Source of the DNA: an uncultured delta proteobacterium
GTDB taxonomy: Bacteria; Myxococcota_A; Polyangia; Palsa-1104
Length of the DNA: 64,000 bases
Direction: 5' to 3'
Assembly: GCA_963785725.1 (NCBI GenBank)
Contig: CAWAWS010000007.1
Location: 576,001 to 640,000 of the forward strand
Part shown: positions 50,927 to 60,924 of the stretch, one piece after another
Numbering within the stretch: position 1 is the first letter of the stretch
Layout of the letters: the number at the start of each line of letters is the position of its first letter
Program-made: the position numbers and the translations under genes
The notes under the pieces: model-generated
What the model saw: the letters and a program-made list of their open reading frames with translations, nothing else
Told to the model about the DNA's origin: nothing
The model's database searches: none

Positions 50927-53900
50927 TTACAGCGGCAGGCCGAGCGAGCGCTTAGCCGCGAACAGCTCTTCGGTGACGCTCGACCAGACGAGATCGAGCA
51001 GCCGCTCCGTCGGCGCCGCGGCGCCGGCCGGCTGACCCTCGGACGCGACGAGCCGCGCGCAGCTCTCGAGGTCGCCGCCGAGCAACAAGCCGGCGCGGTT
51101 GCCGGTCAAGTCGGTCGCCCGCAGCCACGCCAGCGCCGCGTCCTCGGCGCGCGTGTTGGCCTCGCGCAGCTTGAGGCCGATCGCCTTGACCTGCTCCAGC
51201 TGCGGCGCCGGCAGCGCCTTGTCCAGCGCCGACGACAAGCGCAGCCCTTCGATGCTGACGCTGTTGTCGCCGGCGAGCGCCATCGCCGCCTCGATGACGT
51301 TGCCGATCGGCTGCGGATGCGGCATCGCCAAGCGCAACAGCCGCTCGGGACGCAGATGCGCCGCCTTGCGCGCCAGCTCGAACACTTGGTCCGGCTCGCG
51401 TCGCTTGTCGCCGACGAGCGGGCCGCCCAAGATGAACACGGGCACGAGCTCGCGCCCATCGATGCAGTTGGCGTACACGACCGCTTCGCGCTGCTCGGGC
51501 TTGACGTGCGCCTCCGGCAGCGGCACGTCGAGCGTCGTCGCGACGTAGGCGAGCGCCTTGGTGAACGACCGCTCCGCCGTGCCGACGGCGTCTTTGCGCA
51601 TGAGGCCAAACGCCTTGTGCGGCTGCGCCTGACCGGCGACGACCGTCGGCCCTACGATGGCGAAAAGCAGATCGAGCAGCCGATCTTCCTCGGGATGCAC
51701 GACGCGCGTCCAGCCATCGTCGCCGAGCACGCGCCGCGCCGTCGCAAACGGCAGCTCCTTGTGCGCCGCCACCTTGCGCTTGTCGTCGGCTTCGCCCTTG
51801 CGCAGGAACTCGAGCGCGTACGAGCAGGCGATCGACTTGTCGCGCTCGTTCGTCTGGATATACAGGTGCTTCAGCGAGCGATAGGACAGGATGCGATTCT
51901 TCTCCTGCCGCAAGATCAGCTGATGCTCGACGATCGCCTGATCGAACTGATGCGCCTGCACGCTGACGTCGGCCAGCCGCTTGTGCCGCTCCAAGTTGTT
52001 GCGATCGAAGGCCAGCGCCACTTCCAGCGCCGCGCGACCGGCCTCGAGCTCGCCCAGCTCGTTGACGCAGAGCTCGCCGAGCGCCGTCCAAATGCGCAGC
52101 CGCTCGGGATTCTTGCCGTCGGGCGCATCGGGGCCGAGCTGCTTCAGGCGACGACGATAGAGCCGCGCCAGCTCCTTCGGATCTTTTTGCTGCCCGAGGA
52201 GCTGCTCGAGCGCTTGCACCGCGCGCTCCAGCGCCGGATCGTCGTCGAGCGCGTCGCGCAAGAAGGCGACGGCGTCGTCGGGACGATTGAGCTCGTCGCG
52301 GCAGATCATGGCCGCCGCCTGGCGATATTTGGCGCGCACCGCGTCCACTTCCTCGCACGCGATGAGCCGCTGCAGCATCTCGAGCGCTTGCGGCCACGCG
52401 CGATCTTCGACATAGGCGTCGAGGCAGCGGTGCAAGAGCTTGTGATCTTTCGGCCGCAGCTCCAGCGCTTCGGCCCAGGCGCCGATGGCGCGGTCGGGAT
52501 CGCCGAGCGCGTCGCGATGGAGGTCGCCGATCTCGCCCAAGAGGCGGATCTGCTCGTCGACGGACGCGCCGACCAAGAGCGCGCGCTTGGCTTCCACCAG
52601 CTGCGCCGGCTCGTCGGCGAACAGCTGCGCCTGCAGCAGCAGCGCCGGCCGATAGGAGGGGTCGACATCGAGCGCCGACTTCAAGAACTCGCGCGCCGAC
52701 TGCTTGGCGCCGAGGTGCAGCTCGCACGCCGCCAGATCGCCGAAGAGCGCGGCCTTCTCGGCTGTCGGCAGCTTGTCGACGTGGTGCTGGAAGACGCGCT
52801 CGAGCGAACGCAGCGCCGCCGCCCATTGACCGGTCGCGATCAAATGATCGGCGTGTCCGCGCTGCGCCTGCAGGTGGCTCGGGTCGAGCTCGGCCGCGCG
52901 CGCCCACGCTTTGGGCGCCTTGTCTTCGAAGCCGGCGGCCGTCGCCGCTTGCGCCAAGCGCGCAAAACGCTCGACCTGATCGGGCGCCTCCGCCGGCTTG
53001 CGCGTCAGCATCTCGAGCACGGGGACGAGCTCGTCGTGACGCTCGGCGCGCCACAAGAGGTCGGCCAAGTGCGCGCCCGCTTCGTCATGCTCGGGATCGA
53101 TGGCCAGCGCCTGCTGGTAGAGCTCGATCGCCGGCTCCGTCTGCTCCACCGAACGATACAGATTGCCGGCGTCGACGAGGAGCCGCGTCCGCTCGAGCCG
53201 ATTGGGCGTGTGCTGCACGGCCTCGACGAGCAGCTTGGCCGCGCGCAGCTGGCCGCCCGCTTGCCGATGCAGCGTCGCCAACGCCGTCAGCGCCGGCACG
53301 TGCGTCGGCTCGAGCTCGAGGACGCGCTGGAAGTGCGTCTCGGCCGCCGCTTTGTCGTCGAGACGCGCCGCGCACAGCTCGCCGGCGCGGAAGAGGTGCG
53401 CGATCTGCTCCGCGCGATCGGGCGTCAGCTTGGCGCGCTTTTCCAGCAGCGAGACCGTCGAATGCCAGGCACCGGTCTCGTCGTAGATGCGGGTCAGCTC
53501 GGCCAACGAGCGCGTGTGCAGCTCGTCGGCGCCGAGCGCCAGCTGGTAAGCACCGACGGCGCCGTCGACGTCCATGAGCTCGTGCTCGTGAATGGCGGCG
53601 ATGTCGGCGTACAGCTCGGCCTGCGTCTGACCCGTTGCCGTCGCGGCGCGGCGACGCAAGATGTCCGCCAGCTGCGACCACTGCCGCGTCTGGCGATGCA
53701 GGCGTTCGAGCGCCGTCAAGGCATCGGTCGCATCGGGCGCGACGCCGAGCAGGTTCTCCCACCAGTCGGCGGCGGCCGCGTTGCCGTCGGCTTCGAGCTC
53801 CCAGGCTTGCGCCAAGCGGCGATAGAGCACGGCCCGTTCGGCGTCGAGCGGCGTCGATTCCGCCTGGCGCGCGAGGTTGGCCAAGAAGTCGGCGTTGCGG

Positions 53901-56632
53901 CCGGCGGCGCGATAGAGCGGCTCCAGCAGGCGCAACAGCTCGAGGTCGTTGGGCGCGTGCTCGACCAGCGCCTCATAGCGGACGATGGCACCGGCGACGT
54001 CGCCGAGCTTCTCGTGCGCCAACGCTGCGGCTTCGCGTCGCAGCATCGGCGCGTCGTCGAGCCCGTCGGCGGCCAGCTCGTCGAGCGCGCGCAGCATGTC
54101 GGCCCAACGCTCGGCCTTGCGATGCAGCGGCGCGCGCACGGCCGCCGGCAGCGCCGCGACCGGTCCGAGCTCGCGGATGACGTCGTCCCAGCCTTTGGCG
54201 GCGTTGGCTAGCCGCTCGATCTCGTGCCAATCGGCCTGCGCCGGCTCCTCTTTGTAAGCGGCGAGCAGCGCCGTCAAGGCGCGCTCGGCGTCGTCGGCTT
54301 CGTACTCGAAGATGCGCGCCACCGACAGCAGCATCTCGGCGCGGCGCGCCGGCGTCGGCTCGATGGCGACGCGGCCGAGCAGGAGCTCGACGAGCGCGTC
54401 GTGATCGCCGCGCTCGCGCAGCTCGTCGCAGATGCGATCGAGGTGCGCCGCGGCGCCGAGATCGGTCGGATCGGCCGCCAGCACGCCGAGCCAGCCGTCG
54501 CCGTCGTCGTCGGACGGACGCTCCGGCGCCACCGCCAGCGCCTCGTGCACGCCGAGGAGCAGCTGATCGATGTCCTCGGCGGCGAGCACGCGAATCCGCC
54601 AGCTCGCCCACAGCTCGTCGCGCTCGATGACGCCGAGACCGGGCAGAATCGCGTAATGCGTCAGCTCGGTGCGCGCGCCCGTCAGCAGCCGCTCGACGAG
54701 GATCTGGAAGTCGAGATCGCGCGTATCGAAGCCGACGAACAGGAACGAGCGCGTGCGATAGAGATCGTGCAAGGCCGCGCGCAGCTCACCGTCGGACAGC
54801 GCCGCTTGCAGCTCCTCGTTGGACCACAACAGCGTCTCCGGCCGGCGCGGATCGCCGAGCGCGTGCAAGACGAACGGCTTGGTGTCGGCGCGCAGCGCGG
54901 CGGCGTCGTAAGGCGTGTAGCGGCCGCGCGTCGCGCCGTCGGCGAGCTGGCCGAGCGCGCGATCGAGCGCGTCGTCCCAGGTCGTCGTCACCGCGGCGCG
55001 GAAGGGCAGCGCGGCGAGCAGGCGAATGCGATCGCTCTCGGCATCGGCGCCGTCGAGCACGGTGGCCAGCGCGGTCGGCAAATCCGCGCCGAGGCGGCGG
55101 CGAATGAACGCGGCGGCGGCGAGCGGACGCGACGCCAGCACCGTCTGCGCGGCTTCGGCCTCTTCGTCGGGCAGGAGCTTCGCCAGCTGCGCCAGCGTCT
55201 CCTGCAGGCTCGACTGCCCGGCGGCGATGCGCGAACCGGCGCACAAGACGGAACGGCCGGCGCGCAACAGCTCCGCCAGCTCCTGCGCTTCCGTCGTGGT
55301 CTCGGCGTCGGCTTCAGCGGCGACGGCTGGCGCGTCATGCGCGACGCTCGGCGCGATAGGCGCGTCCGCCGCATCGGGCGCTTCGATGGCGGGCTCGACG
55401 TCCGCCGCATGGGCTTCGATCGCCGCGTGCGCATCGTGCGCTTCGATGGCGGGCTCGACATGGGCTTCGATCGCTGCGTGCGCATCGTGTGCGTCGTGCG
55501 CTTCGATGGCGGGCTCGATATGGGCTTCGATCGCCGCGTGCGTGTCTGGTGCATCTGGCGCTTCGATCGCCGGCTCGTGCGCGGCCAGCGGCGCGACGGC
55601 CGCGTCCGCAACGGCCGGTTCGGCGACGGGCGCAACGACCGGCTCGACCGCGGCGGGCGCGGCGATCGCCGCCTCGACCGGCGCGCCGGCGACCGGCGCG
55701 GTGGCGGCAAGCGCCAATTCCGCGGCCACGACCGCCGCTGTATCGGCGTGCGGCTCTAGAGCTTCGACCGCCGGCGCGGCGTGCTCGACCGCCGCTTCGG
55801 CTTCGGCATTCGCGGCGTCGATCTTCTCGAAGTCCATCGTGACTTCCACCGACTTCGGGCGCGCCTCGAGCCCGGCGTCGTCGGGCGCGCTCGGCCGCGG
55901 CATGCTCGCGATCGGCTGAATGATCGTCTGCGAGCCGGCGTCGTCCGCCAGCTCCGTCGGCGCCGCGACGGCGACGGCATCCGGCGCCGGCGCGATCGCG
56001 TGCGGCTCGCTCGGCGCCGACCACTGCGACGCCAGCTCGTCGATCGCCTCGGCCGCCGCCACGCGCGGCACCTGCCCGGTGTCACCGAACGCCGCATATT
56101 CGAGCGCTTCGGCATCGGCGGCGTCGGCGCCGCCAGTCGCACGGGCACGCGCGAGCGCGGCCGCCCACGCCGCCTCTTCCTCGGGCGTCGGTGCCTCTTC
56201 GTCGACGGCAGCCGCGGCCACCGGCGCCGGCGCGGCGGACGAAATCACCGGCGGCGGCGCCGCGACGGGCGCGGCCACGGTCGGCGCGACCAACGACTGC
56301 GCGGCGTGTGCGCGAGCGAGCGCGGCTGCCCACGCCGCCTCTTCTTCGGGCGTCGCCTCATCCTCTTCGATCGCCGGCTCCGGCGCATGCGCCGGCTCGA
56401 TCGCGGCCGCTCCGGCGTGTGCGCGCGCGAGCGCCGCGCGCCACGCGGCCTCTTCCTCGGCCGACTCCGGCTCTTCGACGACCGGCGCCGTGGCGTCGGC
56501 GGGCTTTTCCAGCGTCGCCATCAGATTGGTCGCCCACACGTCCGACGGCAGCTCGGCCGTGGTCGCGCCCACGTCGCCGCGATGCGGCCGTGCGCCGCCC
56601 TCGGTCGAGGCCTCATAGTCGTCCAAGTCCAT
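50927..56632 (-). CDS. 1901-aa protein: acidic repeat N-terminus, degenerate SIR2-like domain, long TPR array, myxobacterial C-terminal domain
   Basis: VTTTWD, LHALG and SFLFVGF at SIR2_2 motif positions; many TPR units; DLTGNRAGLLLGGD C-terminus. Confidence 0.85.
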   Translation of the reverse strand: MDLDDYEASTEGGARPHRGDVGATTAELPSDVWATNLMATLEKPADATAPVVEEPESAEEEAAWRAALARAHAGAAAIEPAHAPEPAIEEDEATPEEEAAWAAALARAHAAQSLVAPTVAAPVAAPPPVISSAAPAPVAAAAVDEEAPTPEEEAAWAAALARARATGGADAADAEALEYAAFGDTGQVPRVAAAEAIDELASQWSAPSEPHAIAPAPDAVAVAAPTELADDAGSQTIIQPIASMPRPSAPDDAGLEARPKSVEVTMDFEKIDAANAEAEAAVEHAAPAVEALEPHADTAAVVAAELALAATAPVAGAPVEAAIAAPAAVEPVVAPVAEPAVADAAVAPLAAHEPAIEAPDAPDTHAAIEAHIEPAIEAHDAHDAHAAIEAHVEPAIEAHDAHAAIEAHAADVEPAIEAPDAADAPIAPSVAHDAPAVAAEADAETTTEAQELAELLRAGRSVLCAGSRIAAGQSSLQETLAQLAKLLPDEEAEAAQTVLASRPLAAAAFIRRRLGADLPTALATVLDGADAESDRIRLLAALPFRAAVTTTWDDALDRALGQLADGATRGRYTPYDAAALRADTKPFVLHALGDPRRPETLLWSNEELQAALSDGELRAALHDLYRTRSFLFVGFDTRDLDFQILVERLLTGARTELTHYAILPGLGVIERDELWASWRIRVLAAEDIDQLLLGVHEALAVAPERPSDDDGDGWLGVLAADPTDLGAAAHLDRICDELRERGDHDALVELLLGRVAIEPTPARRAEMLLSVARIFEYEADDAERALTALLAAYKEEPAQADWHEIERLANAAKGWDDVIRELGPVAALPAAVRAPLHRKAERWADMLRALDELAADGLDDAPMLRREAAALAHEKLGDVAGAIVRYEALVEHAPNDLELLRLLEPLYRAAGRNADFLANLARQAESTPLDAERAVLYRRLAQAWELEADGNAAAADWWENLLGVAPDATDALTALERLHRQTRQWSQLADILRRRAATATGQTQAELYADIAAIHEHELMDVDGAVGAYQLALGADELHTRSLAELTRIYDETGAWHSTVSLLEKRAKLTPDRAEQIAHLFRAGELCAARLDDKAAAETHFQRVLELEPTHVPALTALATLHRQAGGQLRAAKLLVEAVQHTPNRLERTRLLVDAGNLYRSVEQTEPAIELYQQALAIDPEHDEAGAHLADLLWRAERHDELVPVLEMLTRKPAEAPDQVERFARLAQAATAAGFEDKAPKAWARAAELDPSHLQAQRGHADHLIATGQWAAALRSLERVFQHHVDKLPTAEKAALFGDLAACELHLGAKQSAREFLKSALDVDPSYRPALLLQAQLFADEPAQLVEAKRALLVGASVDEQIRLLGEIGDLHRDALGDPDRAIGAWAEALELRPKDHKLLHRCLDAYVEDRAWPQALEMLQRLIACEEVDAVRAKYRQAAAMICRDELNRPDDAVAFLRDALDDDPALERAVQALEQLLGQQKDPKELARLYRRRLKQLGPDAPDGKNPERLRIWTALGELCVNELGELEAGRAALEVALAFDRNNLERHKRLADVSVQAHQFDQAIVEHQLILRQEKNRILSYRSLKHLYIQTNERDKSIACSYALEFLRKGEADDKRKVAAHKELPFATARRVLGDDGWTRVVHPEEDRLLDLLFAIVGPTVVAGQAQPHKAFGLMRKDAVGTAERSFTKALAYVATTLDVPLPEAHVKPEQREAVVYANCIDGRELVPVFILGGPLVGDKRREPDQVFELARKAAHLRPERLLRLAMPHPQPIGNVIEAAMALAGDNSVSIEGLRLSSALDKALPAPQLEQVKAIGLKLREANTRAEDAALAWLRATDLTGNRAGLLLGGDLESCARLVASEGQPAGAAAPTERLLDLVWSSVTEELFAAKRSLGLPL
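55381..55577 (-). repeat. 60-bp in-frame tandem repeat (EPAIEAHDAHAAIEAH-like)
   Basis: CTTCGATGGCGGGCTCG starts at 55381, 55441 and 55501, with a variant at 55561. Confidence 0.85.
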
Positions 56633-56941
56633 GACGCCTCCAGCGTTCGTAGGGTCCTACACTGAAGCAAGCCATGGGCCGTCACCGACGCTGCGGAGTG
56701 GTGTGCGCAGTGTGCCGAAACCCGCGTACGGAGGGCAGTTTCCCGGCTGTACACAATCGGTTGCGCCCGACGGGGGCACAGGCCCCGGTGCATCTTGCGG
56801 CGACCGCGGGGCGATTGGCCGCGCCCGCACGATCCCGCGAGCCGGCCCGCGCGCTCGCCCGCGGCGCAATGAAGGGCGAGCCTCGAGATTCCACCGTTTT
56901 TCCCGCGGCGGCCGTCCCGTTTGCGCGACGGTTTTACGGCC

Positions 56942-57853
56942 TCAGTCGTCGCGCTCGCTGACGATGATGGCGCGCAGCGTCTGCCGCAGCCACACGTGCG
57001 CCGGATCGTCGTCGAAGCGCGGATGCCAGGCCTGCGCGATCGCGAACGTCGTCTGCGCGACGGGCAGCGGCGCCATCCGCAGGCCGAAGCGCGCTGCCGC
57101 CGCCCGCGCCACACGTCGCGGCACGAGCGCCAGATAGTCCGTTTGGCTCGCCAGCCACAGCGCCAACAGATACGTCGGAACCACGGCCGCGACGTGGCGC
57201 TCGAGGCCGCGCGCCGCCAGCCGCTCGTCGACGATGCTGCGTACACGACCGCGCCGCGAGACGACGACGTGCGGCGCCGCCAGGAAGCGCGCCAACGTCA
57301 GGCGCTGCCGACCTGACGTCGCGACCGGGCCGCGCGCGCGAAAGACGCACACGATGCGCTCGCGATACAGCGTCTGCACGCGAATCTCCGGGCCCAGCTC
57401 GCCTTGCGCGCCGATGTCGAGGTCGACGTCGCCGTCGCGCAGCGCCGCCGCGTCCTCGTCGCCCTCGGCCACGAAGCGCAAGAGCACGCGCGGCAGCTCG
57501 CGCGCCGCCCGCCGCGCCAGCTCGCGGCCGAGCGCGCCCACGATCGTGTCGTTGGTGCGGATGGTCAGCGTGCGCCTAAGCTTCGTCAGATCGACCGGCG
57601 CCGGCGGCGCCAACAGCCGCTCGGCGCGCGCGACGACGGCGCGCACCTCGTCGCGCAAGGCCAGCGCCCGCGGCGTCGGCACCAGCTTGCGTCCGGCGCG
57701 CACCAAGATCGGATCGCCGACGGCGTCGCGAATGCGGCTCAACGTGCGGCTCATCGCCGGCGCGCTCAGGTGCAGCCGCTTGGCCGCTGCGGTGACGCTC
57801 TGTTCGGTCAGCAGCACGTCGAGCGCCGGCAACAGGTTGAGATCGAAGCTCAC
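56942..57853 (-). CDS. LysR family transcriptional regulator
   Basis: DLNLLPALDVLLTEQSVTAAAKRLHLSAPAMSRTLSRIR HTH; WHPRFDDDPAHVWLR. Confidence 0.95.
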   Translation of the reverse strand: MSFDLNLLPALDVLLTEQSVTAAAKRLHLSAPAMSRTLSRIRDAVGDPILVRAGRKLVPTPRALALRDEVRAVVARAERLLAPPAPVDLTKLRRTLTIRTNDTIVGALGRELARRAARELPRVLLRFVAEGDEDAAALRDGDVDLDIGAQGELGPEIRVQTLYRERIVCVFRARGPVATSGRQRLTLARFLAAPHVVVSRRGRVRSIVDERLAARGLERHVAAVVPTYLLALWLASQTDYLALVPRRVARAAAARFGLRMAPLPVAQTTFAIAQAWHPRFDDDPAHVWLRQTLRAIIVSERDD

Positions 57854-57860
57854 CGGCGGA

Positions 57861-57897
57861 TTGCATCACGCGCAACTATGGATTGCAATCGTTGCAC
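57861..57897. promoter_or_regulatory. Probable LysR binding sites in the divergent promoter
   Basis: TTGC-N7-GCAA (57861-57875) and TTGC-N7-GCAC (57883-57897), both containing T-N11-A. Confidence 0.6.
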
Positions 57898-57955
57898 TAA
57901 ACGTCATGTGTCGCGTTCGCTAGGCTGAGGGCAACTAGGACTTCAAGGAGCCCAC

Positions 57956-58630
57956 ATGAGTCGTCATTCTCTCGAATCTCCGGCGGTGGTGGCGACGTTG
58001 GCGCGGCTGTTTGCGGCGGCCGAGGCCGGCGATCCGGCGGCGGTGGCGCGGGCGCGGGCAGCGGCCGCGGCGCGCGGCGCGCCGATGTCGGACAGCGATC
58101 CCGACGTGGCGGCGGCGCTCGGTGACGCCTTCATCTCGGTGGCGCCGGCGGTCGGGCGGCTCTTGTACCTGCTGGCGCGCGCCAAGTCGCGCCCGCTCAT
58201 CGTCGAGTTCGGCACGTCGCTGGCGATCTCGACGATTCACTTGGCGGCGGCGGCGCGCGACGCCGGCGGGCGCGTCATCACGGCCGAGCAGGAGCCGCGC
58301 AAGATTGAGCGGGCGCGGGCGCATCTGGTCGAAGCCGGGGTCGCCGACCTCGTCGAGCTGCGCGCCGGCGACGCGCTCGAGACGCTGGCCGACCTGCCCG
58401 CGCCCATCGACTTCCTGTTCTTGGACGGCTGGAAGCGGCTGTATTTGCCGCTCCTGCGCGTGGTCGAGCCGCGCTTGGCGCCGGGCGCGCTCGTGGTCGC
58501 CGACGACACGCTGCGCTTCGCCGACGACCTGCGCCCGTTCCTCGAGCACGTGCGCGGCCAGGACAACGGCTATGTCGCGATCGAGATGCCGATGGACGAC
58601 GGGCTGGAGCTGGCGATCCGCACGATCTAG
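57956..58630 (+). CDS. SAM-dependent O-methyltransferase
   Basis: VEFGTS, GDALETL, FLFLDGWK, LAPGALVVAD motifs; AAGGAG RBS. Confidence 0.9.
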   Translation: MSRHSLESPAVVATLARLFAAAEAGDPAAVARARAAAAARGAPMSDSDPDVAAALGDAFISVAPAVGRLLYLLARAKSRPLIVEFGTSLAISTIHLAAAARDAGGRVITAEQEPRKIERARAHLVEAGVADLVELRAGDALETLADLPAPIDFLFLDGWKRLYLPLLRVVEPRLAPGALVVADDTLRFADDLRPFLEHVRGQDNGYVAIEMPMDDGLELAIRTI

Positions 58631-58654
58631 ACGTTCGCGAGGCCGTGCGGCGCG

Positions 58655-59128
58655 CTATTGGGCCGCCCGCGCCGTGGCGACGACTGCGGCCAAGTCTTCG
58701 TGCGTGAGACCGGGCGCGCGGCCATGCTCGACGATCGAATCGAGCGCAGGCTCGACCGAGACGAACGTGTGCTGCTTGGAGGCGTTGCCGCTCACCAAGG
58801 CCATGGCGTTCATGATGGCGCGGGCGGCCGCCATGCGAAAACCGCTGCCTTCTAGGACGATGATATTCAGCTCCGCCGGTAATTCACGAGCGAGCGCCGA
58901 AAACTCGGAGCGCAGCGCGTTGTCCGGTGAGGCGACCGCGGCGGACTCGACAATCGTCAACATGATCCGGGCGTGACCGAACTGCTGCTGCAGCTGCTCG
59001 ATCTCCTGTCGTAGCCGCCGCACCTTTGCGATGGTGAGCGGCTGCCGGATCACGACGACGCCGACGTTGGCGTAGGTCGCGAACACGAGACCACTCTCGG
59101 AGAACCGAATCGTCGCCTTTATCGACAC
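58655..59128 (-). CDS. Hypothetical protein, STAS/SEC14-like myxobacterial family
   Basis: IMLTIV...PD..LR...IIVLEGSGFRMAAARAIM pattern; start uncertain. Confidence 0.55.
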   Translation of the reverse strand: MSIKATIRFSESGLVFATYANVGVVVIRQPLTIAKVRRLRQEIEQLQQQFGHARIMLTIVESAAVASPDNALRSEFSALARELPAELNIIVLEGSGFRMAAARAIMNAMALVSGNASKQHTFVSVEPALDSIVEHGRAPGLTHEDLAAVVATARAAQ

Positions 59129-59215
59129 CGCAAGCCGCCCTTCAGGAACATCGGCACGAGCGGGATGGGCATGAGGCGGACCGAGTCGGTGTGCGGCGGG
59201 GAAGTGCGGATTCGG

Positions 59216-59289
<74 letters not shown>

Positions 59290-59355
59290 TTTATCGGCGA
59301 AGACCTTACCCCGCGCACCTGGCATCGGCAAGCGAAAAGGCTTACGATTGAGGCC

Positions 59356-60072
59356 ATGGCGCTTCTCGGCGACGACGATACGCAGTACCTCCGTGAGAGC
59401 TTCGCGACCCTGTCGGCCGACGTCACCGTCACGGTCGTGACGCGCGAGCGTTCGAAGCTCATTCTCGTCGGTGCCGAGCCCAGCGCCGCGCCCGACGACG
59501 CCAGCGCCGAGGTGGTGCAGATCGTCGACGAAGTGGCCGCGGCCGGGGCCCCGAAGGTGAAGGTCGAGCGCGTCGACGTCGCCACCGAAGCGGCGCGCGC
59601 CGACGCCCTCGGCGTGCAGCGGACGCCGGCGCTCTTGTTTGCGTCGCCGACGGCCAAGGGGCGGCTGCGTTATTACGGCTTGCCGGCAGGCTACGAGATG
59701 TCGACGCTGATCGCGGCGCTGCTCGATCTCGGATCGGGCGAGCCGATGGTGCCGCCGGAGATCGCGCAGCTGCTGTCGGAGATGAAGGCGCCGGTGCACA
59801 TCCAAGTGTTCGTGACGCCGAGCTGTCCGCACTGTCCGGCGATGGCGCGGGCGGCGTACCAGCTGGCGATGTCGTCCGCGCACATCAGCGCCGACGTCGT
59901 CGAAGTGCAGGAGTTTCCCGATGTCGCCGAGCGCTATCAGATTCGCGGCGTGCCGATGACGGTCGTCAACGACGGCGAGCCGCTGATGGGCAACGTCGGC
60001 GGCGCGCGGCTGCTGGCGGCGGTGCGCGAAGCGGGCGGCATCACCGCGCGCGAGCCCGTCGAGCCGTCGTAA
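59356..60072 (+). CDS. Two-domain thioredoxin-fold protein (PDO/AhpF N-terminal-like)
   Basis: YYGLPAGYEMSTLI, VFVTPSCPHCP and RGVP motifs. Confidence 0.88.
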   Translation: MALLGDDDTQYLRESFATLSADVTVTVVTRERSKLILVGAEPSAAPDDASAEVVQIVDEVAAAGAPKVKVERVDVATEAARADALGVQRTPALLFASPTAKGRLRYYGLPAGYEMSTLIAALLDLGSGEPMVPPEIAQLLSEMKAPVHIQVFVTPSCPHCPAMARAAYQLAMSSAHISADVVEVQEFPDVAERYQIRGVPMTVVNDGEPLMGNVGGARLLAAVREAGGITAREPVEPS

Positions 60073-60148
60073 ATGCGGGCGCGCGTAGGATTTCGCGCGC
60101 GAGCCTCGTAAGAACGGACGCGCATAGGATTCGCGCGGCTCAGCTGCG

Positions 60149-60823
60149 TCAGCGGGCGCGCGCCGCCGTCGCGGCCGAGTCGGCGACGCGCAGCTGGCCC
60201 TCCCAGGCGACGACGCGACCGCGCCGGCGCGCCACGAGGAACGGCTTGCCGCGGTCGACGTAGTAGATCGCGCGCTGCCCAAACGCCTCGCCGAGGCGCC
60301 ACGCTTCGTCGCGATCGAGGCCGAGCACGGCGAAGCTCTCTTCGCGATAGCGCGAGCCGGGCGCGTTGATGGCCGGCCAGCGCTCGACCATGCGCGCGTC
60401 GAGATGGCGCGCCAGCTGCTCCTGCGCGCGTCGATTGGCGCGCTCGTTGGGTCGCTCGACGCCGCCCGGATTCCACGCCGTCAACACGGCGAACGTCGAC
60501 GCCGGCAGCTCCGTCGGCGCCGCGCCCGGCCCGTCGATGCGCAGCCGCACCGGCGCATTTCCCGGCGGCGTCAGCTCGATCGTCGCGCGTCGATAGCCCA
60601 TCCACGACGACCAATTGGCGGCGAAGTCGACGGCGGCGACGGCCACGTTCTCGTCGTCGCCGTCGGGCATCGGCTCGTCGGGCGCGACACCGACGGCGAA
60701 GCGCAGCCAGCGCGAGGCGCCGATGAAGGCGAGCAGCGTCTGGCGATCGGGCGAATCGGGCGACGTGCGACCGTCGTGATAGAGCAGGTTCTCGAGCGCG
60801 GAGGTCAGCACCGGCACGGTCAC
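60149..60823 (-). CDS. DUF3293-like protein
   Basis: LTAWNP...N..AQ..L, REES, LGEAFGQRAI. Confidence 0.75.
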   Translation of the reverse strand: MTVPVLTSALENLLYHDGRTSPDSPDRQTLLAFIGASRWLRFAVGVAPDEPMPDGDDENVAVAAVDFAANWSSWMGYRRATIELTPPGNAPVRLRIDGPGAAPTELPASTFAVLTAWNPGGVERPNERANRRAQEQLARHLDARMVERWPAINAPGSRYREESFAVLGLDRDEAWRLGEAFGQRAIYYVDRGKPFLVARRRGRVVAWEGQLRVADSAATAARAR

Positions 60824-60924
60824 ATCTTAACACGGCGCGTCGCAGCGACGACAGGACGACCAAAGACGACGGTGGCGCCGATCGCGCAATCGTAGTAAGC
60901 CGGGCAGCCTACCGCGGAGGCATC

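Noticed and set aside
50315..54211. Long antisense or alternate-frame ORFs (also 3044..4936, 6286..8865, 11348..13771, 20027..23047, 60820..62904)
   Set aside because: Shadow ORFs expected in high-GC DNA; they are Arg/Ala-rich, lack motifs and overlap well-supported genes.
56633..59215. Genomic island integrated at tRNA-Arg
   Set aside because: No integrase and no convincing duplicate of the tRNA 3' end; the match near 56760 is only a few bases.
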